Below are positions 1 through 9,011 of a stretch of 32,000 nt of DNA, in pieces. The stretch lies in the NCBI RefSeq assembly GCF_004297405.1, contig NZ_SCVC01000043.1:1-32000 (forward strand), in the 5' to 3' direction. Below the pieces are notes generated by a model. The model made no database searches. It was not told the DNA's origin and saw nothing but the letters and a program-made list of their open reading frames with translations. The translations under genes were made by a program, and so were the position numbers. The DNA comes from Reyranella sp. GTDB taxonomy: Bacteria > Pseudomonadota > Alphaproteobacteria > Reyranellales > Reyranellaceae. The number at the start of each line of letters is the position of its first letter. Position 1 is the stretch's first letter.

Positions 1-472
1 TGAAGAGCCATACATCTCCGCCTGCGGCACGACCTTCGTTAAATACAGCTACAGCGCGCGCGCGATCGCCAATCTTCCAAAAGGCTTCGGAAACATCTCG
101 ATACACCATAGCGGTAGCACTTGGCTTCTGCTTCGGATCCATCAAACCTAGGGCCTCCTTGGCACTCTTAAAGCTGCTTTCCCCACCTCTCTTGTCGCCG
201 TCCAATATCTGGTATTCGGCCAAGCTACTGTAAGCTAACGCGAGCGTTCCGCAGTTTAGCTTCTTAGTTCGCGAGCATTCATCAGCAGTGGAAAAGCGGG
301 CGACCTCTTTCTTTGCTAGGCTAATTGCCGTTTTCTGATCGCCGGCTTGCGAGGCTTGCATTGCCACTTGTTGATGAGAAGTGTTTGTAGAACATGCGGT
401 CACAAGGGCGCCGATGACGAGCCAAGTTGCATGTGCCCTTCTGCAGTGAAGATCCCTCGACAGCCAGACCAT
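1..472 (-). CDS. Partial CDS (3' end outside window): putative lipoprotein with helical-repeat (TPR-like) body
   Basis: Hand translation of the minus strand. The ATG (complement of 470-472) follows an in-frame TAG, giving MVWLSRDLHCRRAHATWLVIGALVTACSTNTSHQQ... with the lipobox-like motif LVTAC. The frame stays open to position 1. It is absent from the ORF track because it has no stop inside the window. GC looks lower than in the fec operon. Confidence 0.45.
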   Translation of the reverse strand, partial: MVWLSRDLHCRRAHATWLVIGALVTACSTNTSHQQVAMQASQAGDQKTAISLAKKEVARFSTADECSRTKKLNCGTLALAYSSLAEYQILDGDKRGGESSFKSAKEALGLMDPKQKPSATAMVYRDVSEAFWKIGDRARAVAVFNEGRAAGGDVWLF

Positions 473-868
473 CTAGGTCCCTCAAATGAACGCCGCCAGC
501 CCGCCCGTTAACGGGGCTTGTGCGGAGAGCGTTGCTAAAGCGAACCAACGATTGGTCGCAAAAACGCGCGACTTGCCGCACAGAGCATCCGCGAGCTTAC
601 TGGGACTAATCCGCCTGGTCTTCTTCGATTTCAGGGACATCAAACTTGCATGTGAAAGCGCGCCACGGCCGCGCCCTCGTCATGAAGCGCATGGGTTGGT
701 CAGCCAAGGCCATACGCTTCAAGACCATGAAGAATGATACCGCCGCCGATTCTGCCTGGTCGGCCAGGAGCCGGGGCCGCTAATGGCCGGACCGCTCGAT
801 GCCAATTGAAGCGACGCATCTAGAGGACCACCAGTGAAGATCATAAAAATAATCCCTCTTCCTCCGCT

Positions 869-2140
869 TCACTCCGCGGCGGCGAGCCTTGGCCGTTGAG
901 CGCGCACGGCAACTCGCGCACGGCGCTTGCGGTACCAGATCAGGACGCCGGTGACCGAAAGCGAGGCTACGACCAGGCCCATGACGGAGATCAGAATGCG
1001 GCCCGGCAGGCCGAGGATGCGACCCGAATGCAGCGGGAACTGTGCCTGGATGAAGATGTCCGCGACCGTGCCCTTCCACGGCAGGCGGTCGCCGATCACC
1101 CCGCCGTCGTTGCCGTCGACGTAGATCGCCGGCGGGCCCACGCCCGCCGCACCATGGTCGTCACCTTCGAAGAATCGCACACCATAGAAGCCTTGCCGCC
1201 GTACGTAGAAGACATGGCCCACGGGGATGGTCCAGCCGCGTCGCTCCGCCTCGACGCGGCCGATCTCGATGGCTTCGGCGTAGCCAATGCGCGGCTCGAT
1301 CGGCTTGTCGCGGTCGTTTCGCGGGCGCGTGACGAAAGGCGACGGCGTAACGTTCGACACCGTAGAGAGCAGCGGCAGGAAGACCTCGCGCGAAAGATTG
1401 AGCGAGAAGGCCGTGAAGGCCAGCACGAATAGCAGCGCCCATGTCCACAGACCGAAGGCGCGATGGATGTCGAAGTTGATCCGATAAGCGCTGCCCGTCG
1501 TCTTGATCATCCAGGCGGGCTTCCAGCGCGCACCCCAGCCGCGGCGCAGCACACGCTCGACGTCGGCGGGACGGCCAGGATTCGGCGCATGGCGCACCGG
1601 GGTCGTGAGGTAGAAGCCGATGAAGCAGTCGATGGTCCACAGGATCGCGATGCCGCCCAGCAGCCATTCGCCCCAGCGGTTGATGCCCCAGAACTCCGGG
1701 ATGTGGAGGCTGAAGTGGAACTTATAGAGGAACGAGACGAACGTCTCGGTCGAGAGCGGAAAGGCCTGCCCCCACTGACGCCGTCCCAGCTCCTCACCCG
1801 TCGCGGGATCGAGGAAAATCTGGTTGTAGCCCGGCTCGTAAAGCCGGCCGGTCGCGGGATCGACACGCGGCAGCACGAAGATCGCAAGCGACTCGCCCGG
1901 CTCGGCGGACATCGGAATCGACACCGCCTGCACGCGCGGGTCGGCCGCCTCGACGCGCTTCACGAGGTCGAGCACCGGCAGTGCCGGGCCATTCGACCTT
2001 GCTTCCATCAAGTGTGGGTTGAGCAAGTCGTCGAGCTCGTGGTCCCACGAGATCACGGCACCCGTCACGCCCGAGACGAACAGGAAGCCCGCGATCACGA
2101 GGCCGACCCAGCGGTGCAGGAGCGTCGCGAGGCTTCTCAT
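869..2140 (-). CDS. PepSY-associated transmembrane protein (PiuB-like), last gene of the iron-uptake operon
   Basis: This is the C-terminal 423 aa of the 737-aa track ORF. It begins MRSLATLLHRWVGLVIAGFLFVSGVTGAVISWDHELD, the LHRWxGL...TG signature of PepSY-TM helices, and has several more hydrophobic helices. The ATG at 2138-2140 lies 5 nt after the receptor stop (2146-2148). Confidence 0.85.
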   Translation of the reverse strand: MRSLATLLHRWVGLVIAGFLFVSGVTGAVISWDHELDDLLNPHLMEARSNGPALPVLDLVKRVEAADPRVQAVSIPMSAEPGESLAIFVLPRVDPATGRLYEPGYNQIFLDPATGEELGRRQWGQAFPLSTETFVSFLYKFHFSLHIPEFWGINRWGEWLLGGIAILWTIDCFIGFYLTTPVRHAPNPGRPADVERVLRRGWGARWKPAWMIKTTGSAYRINFDIHRAFGLWTWALLFVLAFTAFSLNLSREVFLPLLSTVSNVTPSPFVTRPRNDRDKPIEPRIGYAEAIEIGRVEAERRGWTIPVGHVFYVRRQGFYGVRFFEGDDHGAAGVGPPAIYVDGNDGGVIGDRLPWKGTVADIFIQAQFPLHSGRILGLPGRILISVMGLVVASLSVTGVLIWYRKRRARVAVRAQRPRLAAAE

Positions 2141-2145
2141 CGGGT

Positions 2146-4614
2146 CTAGAATTCGGTCGAGAGCGACAGCATGACCGTCCGCGGCGCGCCCTGCGTGAGG
2201 GTGCTGAGCGGCGCCATCCAGTAGTTCATCTCGAACAGGTTCGTGACGTTTGCGCGCAAGGTCACCGGCTTGTGGTCGCCCGGCCGCTCGAACGTATAGC
2301 GGGCGCCGACGTCGAAGCGCGTCCAGGGCGAGAGGGCCTGCGTGTTCGCGGCGTCGACGTAGGACTGGCCCGTATAGATCACGCGGCCCAGGAGCGAGAG
2401 GCCGTCGACCCACGGCACATCCCAGTCGGCGCCGAGGTTGAGCTGCACCGTCGAAGCGCCGGGTGCGAGCTTTCCGTCGTTGGTTCCGTTCGAGGTCAAG
2501 GTCTGGCGCGGATCGAGGAGCGTGATGCCACCGAGGGGCCTGAAGCCCTTGACCGGCTCGCCGAACAGGGTGAGCTCGATCCCCTTGTTGACCTGCTGGC
2601 CGTCGGCGGTCTGCGTATTGTTCGACGGATTGGTGATCACACTCTGTCGCGTGATCTGGAACAGGCTGAGGGTCGCGCCGAAGTTGCCGAGGTCGATCTT
2701 GGCGCCAACCTCGAATTGCGTCGACACGAAGGGCGGCAGCACCGTGCCGGCGTTGGTGAAGGGCGGCGCGACGACGCTGCCCGCGCTCAGGGCCTGGATG
2801 TAATTGCCGTAGAACGAGACTTCCTTCCACGGCCGTGCGACGAAGCCCACTGCCGGGGTCAGCGCACTCGTGTTGTAGCCCGTCGCGGGCGTCCCGGTGT
2901 TGGCGACGAAATTCGACTGCTCGACCTTCTGCGCACGGCCGCCGAGGATCAGCTGCAGGCGATCGTCGAACATGAAGAGGTTGTCGGCCAGCGAGATACC
3001 GGTCAGAAGCTGGTCCGACCGCGGCGTCGGCCCGGTCAGCGGTGTCGCGAAGAACGGCTGATTGACATAGCGAGGCGTCCAAATGTTCGACGTGAACACG
3101 GGGCCCGCGAGGCTCGTGAAATAGAACTGGCTGCGCAGCGAGGTGGCGCTGAGCACCGCCTCATGGCGGACGGGGCCGGTCGAGAACTTGCCGCGCACAC
3201 CGATCTCGGCCGCCGTCGTCTCCTGCGTGCTGTGGCTGGCGACCGGCGTGGCGGTGAAATTCCCCAGGGCGCTGGTGAGCGTCGGCGAATTGTCGAGGAT
3301 GCTCGTCTTGCTCCGGCGCGCTCCGACCTTCGCGAAAGCCGTGATCCCGGGCGTGATGTCGTGCTCGAAGCGCATCATGCCGTAAAGGCTGTCGTACTGC
3401 TGGTAGCCCCACGGCTGGTAGAAGCTCGAATAAGCCGACGGAGGCGGAGGCACGGGTACGTTCGCCGCGACGAACATGCCGCTCTGGCTGCCATACTGCC
3501 ACCGGTTGGTATAGCCGAGATCGGCATCGATGCGCGTACGGTCGCCGCGATAGTCGAAGCCGAGGCTCAGCGCGAGCTGGTTGTCGTTCTGGTTCGCGAT
3601 CGCCGTGTTGCCGCCGGTGAAGAACGCATTGGCCCGAAGGCCGAGCGCCTTGTCGGGCCCGAACCGGCGCCCGACGTCGAGATGGCCGCCGACCTGAGAG
3701 TTCGTGCCGTAGATGGCCGTCGCGCGGGTCAGATCCTCGTCGCCGGCGCGCTTCGGCACGAGATTGATCGTTCCGCCCACCATGCCGCGCGGTCCCATGC
3801 CGTTCAGCATGGCAGTGGGTCCGCGGAAGACCTCGACGCGCTCGATGCCCGCCATGTTCACGCTGTAATAGGGCGTGGGACCGAACAGCCCGTTGAAGGA
3901 CATGTCTTCGGGCAGCAACAGAAAGCCGCGGATGTAGAACCAGTCGGCGAGACCATTGCTCGCGTACATGGCGCGGATCGACGGGTCGCCCGCGACTGCA
4001 TCGGTCAGCGTCACAGCCTGCTGGTTGCGAAGATACTGTTCGGTGTAGGCGGTCGTGCTGAAGGGCGTGTCCATGTAGTCGCGCTCGCCCAGGATGCCGA
4101 TGCGCTGTCCGGTGGCGACCTGGCCGCCGGCGAACGGCGGCGGCAGGTTGCCGATCTCGGCCTGCGGCGGCGCCACATTCGCTTGCACCTGCACGGGATC
4201 GAGCACTATGCCGGACACTCCAGCAGCCGTGACGGTGATCGAGGTCGGCGAGGAGAAGCGGAACGTCGCGCCGGTACCCGCGAGGAGCTGCTGCATCGCC
4301 TGCGCCGTCGTCATCGTGCCACTGACGCCGGCCGTCGACTTGCCGACGGTCGCCGCGGAATCGAACACGACCTGCAAGCCGGCTTGCCGCCCGAAGGTGG
4401 TGAGTGCCGACGCTAGAGGTTGGGGTGGGATGTCGAACGTTGTCGTGATGCCTGCCTGTGCCTGTTGCGTCTGGGCCTGTTTCGCCTGAGTTTGGGCCGC
4501 CTCCTGGGCCAGCGCCGCGCCCGCCGTCATCGACAATGCCGAGACCGTCCCCATCAGGCAGGCCGAGAAGCGGGTGGCCGCGATCAGGCCGGCTTTCATC
4601 TTCGTCGAACGCAC
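2146..4614 (-). CDS. TonB-dependent siderophore receptor/transducer with N-terminal STN signalling domain (FecA/FpvA class)
   Basis: 822 aa. The signal peptide ends ...AGAALAQEA. The STN-like segment is FDIPPQPLASALTTFGRQAGLQVVFDSAATVGKSTAGVSGTMTTAQAMQQLLAGTGATFRF. A plug-type motif IERVEVFRGP is present. The long beta-barrel region ends in a terminal aromatic residue (LSLSTEF). It has a GTG start with GGGGGA 6 nt upstream. Confidence 0.9.
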   Translation of the reverse strand: MRSTKMKAGLIAATRFSACLMGTVSALSMTAGAALAQEAAQTQAKQAQTQQAQAGITTTFDIPPQPLASALTTFGRQAGLQVVFDSAATVGKSTAGVSGTMTTAQAMQQLLAGTGATFRFSSPTSITVTAAGVSGIVLDPVQVQANVAPPQAEIGNLPPPFAGGQVATGQRIGILGERDYMDTPFSTTAYTEQYLRNQQAVTLTDAVAGDPSIRAMYASNGLADWFYIRGFLLLPEDMSFNGLFGPTPYYSVNMAGIERVEVFRGPTAMLNGMGPRGMVGGTINLVPKRAGDEDLTRATAIYGTNSQVGGHLDVGRRFGPDKALGLRANAFFTGGNTAIANQNDNQLALSLGFDYRGDRTRIDADLGYTNRWQYGSQSGMFVAANVPVPPPPSAYSSFYQPWGYQQYDSLYGMMRFEHDITPGITAFAKVGARRSKTSILDNSPTLTSALGNFTATPVASHSTQETTAAEIGVRGKFSTGPVRHEAVLSATSLRSQFYFTSLAGPVFTSNIWTPRYVNQPFFATPLTGPTPRSDQLLTGISLADNLFMFDDRLQLILGGRAQKVEQSNFVANTGTPATGYNTSALTPAVGFVARPWKEVSFYGNYIQALSAGSVVAPPFTNAGTVLPPFVSTQFEVGAKIDLGNFGATLSLFQITRQSVITNPSNNTQTADGQQVNKGIELTLFGEPVKGFRPLGGITLLDPRQTLTSNGTNDGKLAPGASTVQLNLGADWDVPWVDGLSLLGRVIYTGQSYVDAANTQALSPWTRFDVGARYTFERPGDHKPVTLRANVTNLFEMNYWMAPLSTLTQGAPRTVMLSLSTEF

Positions 4615-4713
4615 AACTATCCCCCAAGCAGCCGTGCCGGCGGGATCACGGATTACATTTTCCTACACGACGGCGCGCGCAGGGCTCTCAACGAGGGAAC
4701 GAACAAGCGGCGC

Positions 4714-4730
4714 AAAACTTAACGGCGGCC
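4714..4730 (-). promoter_or_regulatory. Candidate ECF (FecI-type) promoter element upstream of the receptor gene; copy 1 of a 17-mer
   Basis: aaaacttaacggcGgcc (plus strand) lies in the fecR-receptor intergenic region about 100 nt upstream of the receptor start. It matches 16/17 with 5816-5832. Read in the direction of transcription it is GGCCGCCGTTAAGTTTT, which contains a CGT(T) core like ECF -10 elements. Confidence 0.3.
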
Positions 4731-4784
4731 GTCCCACTAAAATCCGCGGCGCGGCAAGGGGCAGCGCCGAGGAGCCTGGCACCA

Positions 4785-5747
4785 TCAACGCGACGAGATC
4801 ACCGTCAGGTAGGGCGAGATGGCGGTCACCCGCCCGCGCTGCAGGTCGACCAGCGCGCGCAGAGCGTCGGCCGGGTTCTTGAGGTCGATGATGCCCGAGG
4901 CGAGACTGTCGGCGATCGTCGAGTCTGCGAATACGATCATGCCGGGCATGTGCCGAGCGATCTGCTCGACGATCTCGCGCACCGGCACGTCGTACACGAC
5001 GATCCGCCGGTCGCGCCACGCCGTGACATCCTGCGGATCGACGTTGTCCTGCGCGACGCCGCTCTTCGCCGCGACCCTGACGCGTTGGCCAGCGCCGAGC
5101 GAGGCGAGCTTTTCCGCATTGTGCCGCAACACGTTCACGCTGCCGGATTGCACCGCCACGGAGACGCCGCTCTCCGACGTCGCCACGTTGAAGGCCGTGC
5201 CCGTCACGACGACGTCGATGCCGCCTGCCGCCACGACGAACGGACGCTGCCTTGACGACACGACCTCGAAAAAGGCCTGCCCCGTCAGCAGCCGAACGCC
5301 GCGCTGCGAGGCCGTGTAGTCGACCGCGACGGCACTGCCGGCATCGAGCGCGACGCGGCTGCCATCTTCCAGCATGAGGTCGCGAAGCTCCGCCGTCGTC
5401 GTGACGTGATCGGCTTGGAGCCGCAATTGCACCGCCGGCACCGCGAAAAAGGCAAGACAGGCTGCCAGCGCCGTGACCGCGAGCGCCGCGCCGCCATAGC
5501 ACAGGCGTCGCCAGGGCGGCACAGCCCGCGCCGCCTCACGTCGCTCGGGCGTGAGCGAGGCAAGCCGACTCGACGTACCCCAGGCCACCTCGACGGCAGC
5601 ATAAGCACGGCGGTGGTCATCGCTTAGGGCAAGCCAGCGCTCGAAGTCGGCGCGCAGTGCCGAACCTTCGGGTTCGCCTTCCAGCCGCATAAGCCATTCG
5701 ATGGCCTGGCCCTGAAGGGACTCGCCCCTGCCTGGCACTGAGTTCAA
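4785..5747 (-). CDS. fecR: FecR-family anti-sigma factor / transmembrane sensor
   Basis: 320 aa. The N-terminal anti-sigma segment is AIEWLMRLEG...FERWLALSDDHRRAYAAVEVAW, followed by one TM helix (LCYGGAALAVTALAACLAFFAV) and a periplasmic FecR-type domain. It sits between the ECF sigma and the STN receptor. The track start is a TTG. Confidence 0.85.
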   Translation of the reverse strand: MNSVPGRGESLQGQAIEWLMRLEGEPEGSALRADFERWLALSDDHRRAYAAVEVAWGTSSRLASLTPERREAARAVPPWRRLCYGGAALAVTALAACLAFFAVPAVQLRLQADHVTTTAELRDLMLEDGSRVALDAGSAVAVDYTASQRGVRLLTGQAFFEVVSSRQRPFVVAAGGIDVVVTGTAFNVATSESGVSVAVQSGSVNVLRHNAEKLASLGAGQRVRVAAKSGVAQDNVDPQDVTAWRDRRIVVYDVPVREIVEQIARHMPGMIVFADSTIADSLASGIIDLKNPADALRALVDLQRGRVTAISPYLTVISSR

Positions 5748-5815
5748 CGTCCTCGGGCTCCTCTCCCAGCGGGGACTGTACGCATTGCCCCTCCACCAGA
5801 ACGAATGGCAACCGG

Positions 5816-5832
5816 AAAACTTAACGGCTGCC
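5816..5832 (-). promoter_or_regulatory. Copy 2 of the 17-mer, in the fecI-fecR intergenic region
   Basis: aaaacttaacggcTgcc lies 6 nt downstream of the fecI stop and about 70 nt upstream of the fecR start. It has the same orientation as copy 1. Confidence 0.3.
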
Positions 5833-5837
5833 TCATC

Positions 5838-6461
5838 CTAGCGGAAGATGAGTCCCTCAGCGCCTGGCATGTTCAAGGTGCAGTGGAGCATCGCGTCCTT
5901 GATCATCTTGTGAACGCGCGGGACCGACACGCCGAGGTGGTTGGCGATCTCCTGCAGCGTACGCCGCTCGACGCGATACATCACAAAGGCAACCTGAGTC
6001 CGCTCCGGAAGAGCTCCGAGCGCCTGCTCAAGCGCCCGAAGCTTGTCGCGGTAATAGACCACGCGCTCCACCGACGGTGCCTCGCTCGGAATCGCCTCCA
6101 ATCTTTCCGGCGCGACCGCCTCTGGCGCATGGATCGAGCCGCGTCGCAGGCAGTCCAACGCCAAATTGCGCACGATGGCGAACAGGTATTTCGCGGGCTG
6201 GGCAATATGAGCCGCTTCCGGCCCCTTCGAGGAGAAACGGAGCCACGCCTCCTGCACGAGATCCTCCGCCGTCGATCGGTCGCGCAGCAGGTTGTGCGCG
6301 TAGTTCAGCAGTTCGTCCCGATGCGCGAGGTAGATAGTCAACGAGGGATTCGCAGAAGCCAATGCAGGCCGTCCCAGTTGCGAATAGGTCTCATTCGTAT
6401 AGGCCTGACCGGTCTCAGAATCAATGCGCCGCCTGATAGGGACGCGGCAACATGCGCGCAT
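5838..6461 (-). CDS. fecI: ECF sigma-70 family RNA polymerase sigma factor (FecI-like)
   Basis: The region 2 motif is DRSTAEDLVQEAWLRF. The region 4 HTH is RRTLQEIANHLGVSVPRVHKMIKDAM. I chose the start at the internal ATG (complement of 6459-6461) rather than the track start at 6593. The extra 44 aa are unlike sigma N-termini. The exact start is uncertain. Confidence 0.85.
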   Translation of the reverse strand: MRACCRVPIRRRIDSETGQAYTNETYSQLGRPALASANPSLTIYLAHRDELLNYAHNLLRDRSTAEDLVQEAWLRFSSKGPEAAHIAQPAKYLFAIVRNLALDCLRRGSIHAPEAVAPERLEAIPSEAPSVERVVYYRDKLRALEQALGALPERTQVAFVMYRVERRTLQEIANHLGVSVPRVHKMIKDAMLHCTLNMPGAEGLIFR

Positions 6462-6604
6462 ACACCGTGATTGCAGCGCCGCCGTGTAGAGAGCATGACG
6501 GGACCGGCTGGAATCAGCCAGTCCGGTCATGTCCTGTGAGCCTGCGATCACCCCGTGCGAGATGCCGTTACTTCGCGCGGCGCCAGGCCCCAAGGCACAA
6601 TGAT

Positions 6605-6886
6605 GAGGAAGTGCCCCTGGAGGGGCTAAGTACGGGCACGGCCGATCAGCTCTTTCTGGCGCTGCGGATCGCGGCCTTGGAGGAGTACCTGACCTCCTCG
6701 CCTCCGCTTCCGTTCATCGTCGACGATCTGTTCGTGAATTTCGATGACGAGCGCGCGGCGGCGGGATTTGAGGTCCTTGGCGACCTTGCCCGTCGCACCC
6801 AGGTGAGCTTCCTGACCCATCATGCGCATCTGATCGGCGTGACAGAGGCGTCCCTACCGGAAATCGCGGCTCCAATACGTCTCTAG
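6605..6886 (+). pseudogene. 3'-terminal fragment of an SMC/YhaN-like AAA ATPase gene (copy 1)
   Basis: The sequence EEVPLEGLSTGTADQLFLALRIAALEEYLTSSPPLPFIVDDLFVNFDDERAAAGFEVLGDLARRTQVSFLTHHAHLIGV reads as an ABC/SMC signature (LSxGxxDQL), then a Walker B/D-loop (FIVDD), then an H-loop (THH). No Walker A or coiled-coil part lies upstream; the fecI region is there instead. Confidence 0.6.
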
Positions 6887-7315
6887 AGCGCAGGAGCAAT
6901 CCAGCCGGTCGATAAGGCTGTTATAACAGGATACCGTTATGCACCCTTTGGAGTGAGCCGGGAACGGACGCAATGCCGACGATACCTCTCGACTCGGTCG
7001 TTGAGGGCGTAGTAGGCAGCACGATGGTGGAAATGCGTCGGTGGGCGACTAGGCGCGCCTTGACCGAGAAAGCAGCAGTCTAGGGAAGCAGGTCTACTAG
7101 TCGCCCCGCAGAGTCGACTGCCCTCACGCGCTTATTGGGGGACGCTGTCTTCTGGCTCTTAAGCTCAATCAGCAGCTTCTGCGTGTCTTGCGCTGGCAGC
7201 ACAGTAGCCGTCCGCCAGGTGCCATTGTTGTCGACCTGCACGTACCAGTACTCGTCCGTAGCCGCTACTGCCCGCAGTCGCTCAGTACAGAAGCCTCATG
7301 ATGTGGCCGTTGCAT

Positions 7316-7717
7316 TTACAATCCGCCTGGTCCTGGCATTACTGTAAACACAAATGGGCGGCCACCGATTGTACCCCGCCCATTGCCCCGCAGATCCTCA
7401 CCCGCGAAATCGAATGTGCCAGTTTGCCCATCGCTGCAAGTGACCGTTCCTTGTGCTTGCGTGGCACCAGCCACCCGCCCCCGAAACAATGGGATCTTGC
7501 CTGTGCAGGTACGACCGCTAGTGGTACGGAACTGAAGGTCTCCCTCGTCATTGAAGCGCCGGATCATGGTGCCCGTGAACAACTCTTGGCCTCCGTCGAC
7601 GGCACCATTCATGGTAAAGTAAGCGCCGCCACAACCCGCTACACCGAGGGTGAGAACAATTAAGATTGCGTTGCGTAACTTGCGTCCGACTTTGACGCTG
7701 CTGCTCAATTTTCGCAT
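7316..7717 (-). CDS. Small lipoprotein, unknown function
   Basis: 133 aa. The N-terminus is MRKLSSSVKVGRKLRNAILIVLTLGVAGCGG, with the lipobox LGVAGC. The mature part is Gly/Thr-rich. Confidence 0.6.
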   Translation of the reverse strand: MRKLSSSVKVGRKLRNAILIVLTLGVAGCGGAYFTMNGAVDGGQELFTGTMIRRFNDEGDLQFRTTSGRTCTGKIPLFRGRVAGATQAQGTVTCSDGQTGTFDFAGEDLRGNGRGTIGGRPFVFTVMPGPGGL

Positions 7718-7805
7718 TTACAACTCGCGGTCAATAATAGTGGCATGCATTAAGGTAGACCCTAGCGCGGTCTCTTAATCTCTAGCATCCAAGTGTGGAT
7801 ACCGT

Positions 7806-8198
7806 TCATGACCCGGCTACATGCGGCTCCGATCCAGTGTGCGCATGCCCACTTAGGAGCCGGCTCCCAGATTCGGACGTCGAAGGTGGCAACAATAGTC
7901 CGCGGCCTTGTCCAACGGCGAAGTCGAAAGTTGCGGGATAGCCAGTCGTGGTCTTGGCATTGATCCGCCCGGATCCATCGGGATTAAGACCCTGAAGCCG
8001 CAGCGTCCACTTGGTGTTACGTTCGCTCGTCGCAACCAGGACGTTATCTTTCACGTCAATCTTCCATGAGTAATTCGGCACTCCCTGGAGGCATGAGCCG
8101 CCACCGCTCTTAAGCGTTGCTACCGCAGTCCATGATTGGGCCGAAGCAGCGGTCGTAACGCACATTATTGCCGCGGCCAGCCAAGCCACTCTTTTCAT
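7806..8198 (-). CDS. Small exported protein, unknown function
   Basis: The internal start gives MKRVAWLAAAIMCVTTAASAQSW, a Sec signal with an ASA-Q cleavage context. The track start at 8261 adds a non-signal-like extension. Confidence 0.5.
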   Translation of the reverse strand: MKRVAWLAAAIMCVTTAASAQSWTAVATLKSGGGSCLQGVPNYSWKIDVKDNVLVATSERNTKWTLRLQGLNPDGSGRINAKTTTGYPATFDFAVGQGRGLLLPPSTSESGSRLLSGHAHTGSEPHVAGS

Positions 8199-8431
8199 TG
8201 ATCCCCATCCCAACACGACTGACGTGACCTCCGCTGCAATAGCGACAGCTAAGCGCATCACATAGCGTCGCCGCGCAGATCTACCACAGCGAGTGCCGCA
8301 CGCAAGACGTTCGCGACCAACGCGTATAGGCCTCAGCTACTAGCGCGGCCTTCGCGCGCCCGAGTGCGGAACGAGCTGGGCGACCATGAAGCATGCCCCC
8401 TATACGCCCACGAGCCGACCGGACGCACAAG

Positions 8432-8682
8432 CGCGGAACGGCCGATCAGCTGTTCACGGCGCTGCGGATCGCAGCCCTGGAGGAGTATCTGACGGCCTCA
8501 CCTCCGCTTCCCTTCATCGTTGACGATCTGTTCGCAAACTTCGACGATGAACGCGCGGCGGGGTTTGAAGTGCCGGACGATCTCGCCCGCCTAACCTAGT
8601 GATCTTCCTTACGCATCACACGTATCTGATCGGCGTGACAGAGCGGGCACTGCCGGAAATTGCCGCTTCAATACGTCTCTAG
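8432..8682 (+). pseudogene. Second, more decayed copy of the same ATPase 3' fragment (copy 2)
   Basis: The sequence RGTADQLFTALRIAALEEYLTASPPLPFIVDDLFANFDDERAAGFEV... aligns by eye with 6632-6886. Relative to copy 1 it has a 3-nt deletion (AAAG to AAG), a TAG where copy 1 has CAG (8597-8599), and a 1-nt deletion right after that. Both copies end in the same ...CAATACGTCTCTAG. Confidence 0.6.
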
Positions 8683-9011
8683 ATCGTCGGGCCATAACCT
8701 AGCGTGCTGATGCGATAAGCCATTATCCCGCTGCGCCCGGTCGTAATTGATACAGCTCCGATTGAAGAGACTGTTCGACGCGCGATTGGTTCTGGACACG
8801 ATGGAAATGCGGCGAAGACTTCGTGCCCAGCTTGATTCAACACTTGCATCATCTCGGGTCCGACCGGGCTGCGCTGGCACGACCGGTCGGGTGAGCGCCC
8901 TGAACCGAGCGCGCACGGCCCAGCAGCCCGCTCTATTGTCCGCTTGGCATCACGGCTATACTACCTGGCGTAGAGTAAAGTGCCTCAGCTTTTCTAGAAG
9001 ACAATCCGCCC

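Noticed and set aside
869-3082. 737-aa minus-strand ORF suggesting a very large PepSY-type protein
   Set aside because: The first 314 aa or so overlap the TonB-dependent receptor gene out of frame. They are Arg/Ala/Gly-rich, as expected for a shadow frame in high-GC DNA. The recognisable protein starts at the ATG at 2140, 5 nt after the receptor stop.
2272-4627. Long ORFs opposite to or overlapping the receptor gene (2272-4416 plus strand, 714 aa; 3161-4627 minus strand, 488 aa)
   Set aside because: These are low-complexity Arg/Gly/Ala/Asp-rich translations with no motifs. They are fully contained in a gene with a clear TonB-dependent receptor translation. This is a typical high-GC shadow-ORF artefact.
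4458-5502. ORFs 4458-5255 (+) and 4663-5502 (-) overlapping fecR
   Set aside because: Arg/Pro/Ala-rich shadow frames. The FecR frame carries the recognisable anti-sigma and TM features.
5838-6593. 251-aa version of the ECF sigma factor
   Set aside because: ECF sigma factors are much shorter, and the first 44 aa look non-native. The start was moved to 6461, though it remains uncertain.
7083-7295. Minus-strand open frame reading ...DEYWYVQVDNNGTWRTATVLPAQDTQKLLIELKSQKTASPNKRVRAVDSAGRLVDLLP
   Set aside because: It looks protein-like but has no ATG. Only an internal GTG (about 53 aa) or a CTG is available. It may be a gene remnant or a small protein with an unusual start. The evidence is too weak to call.
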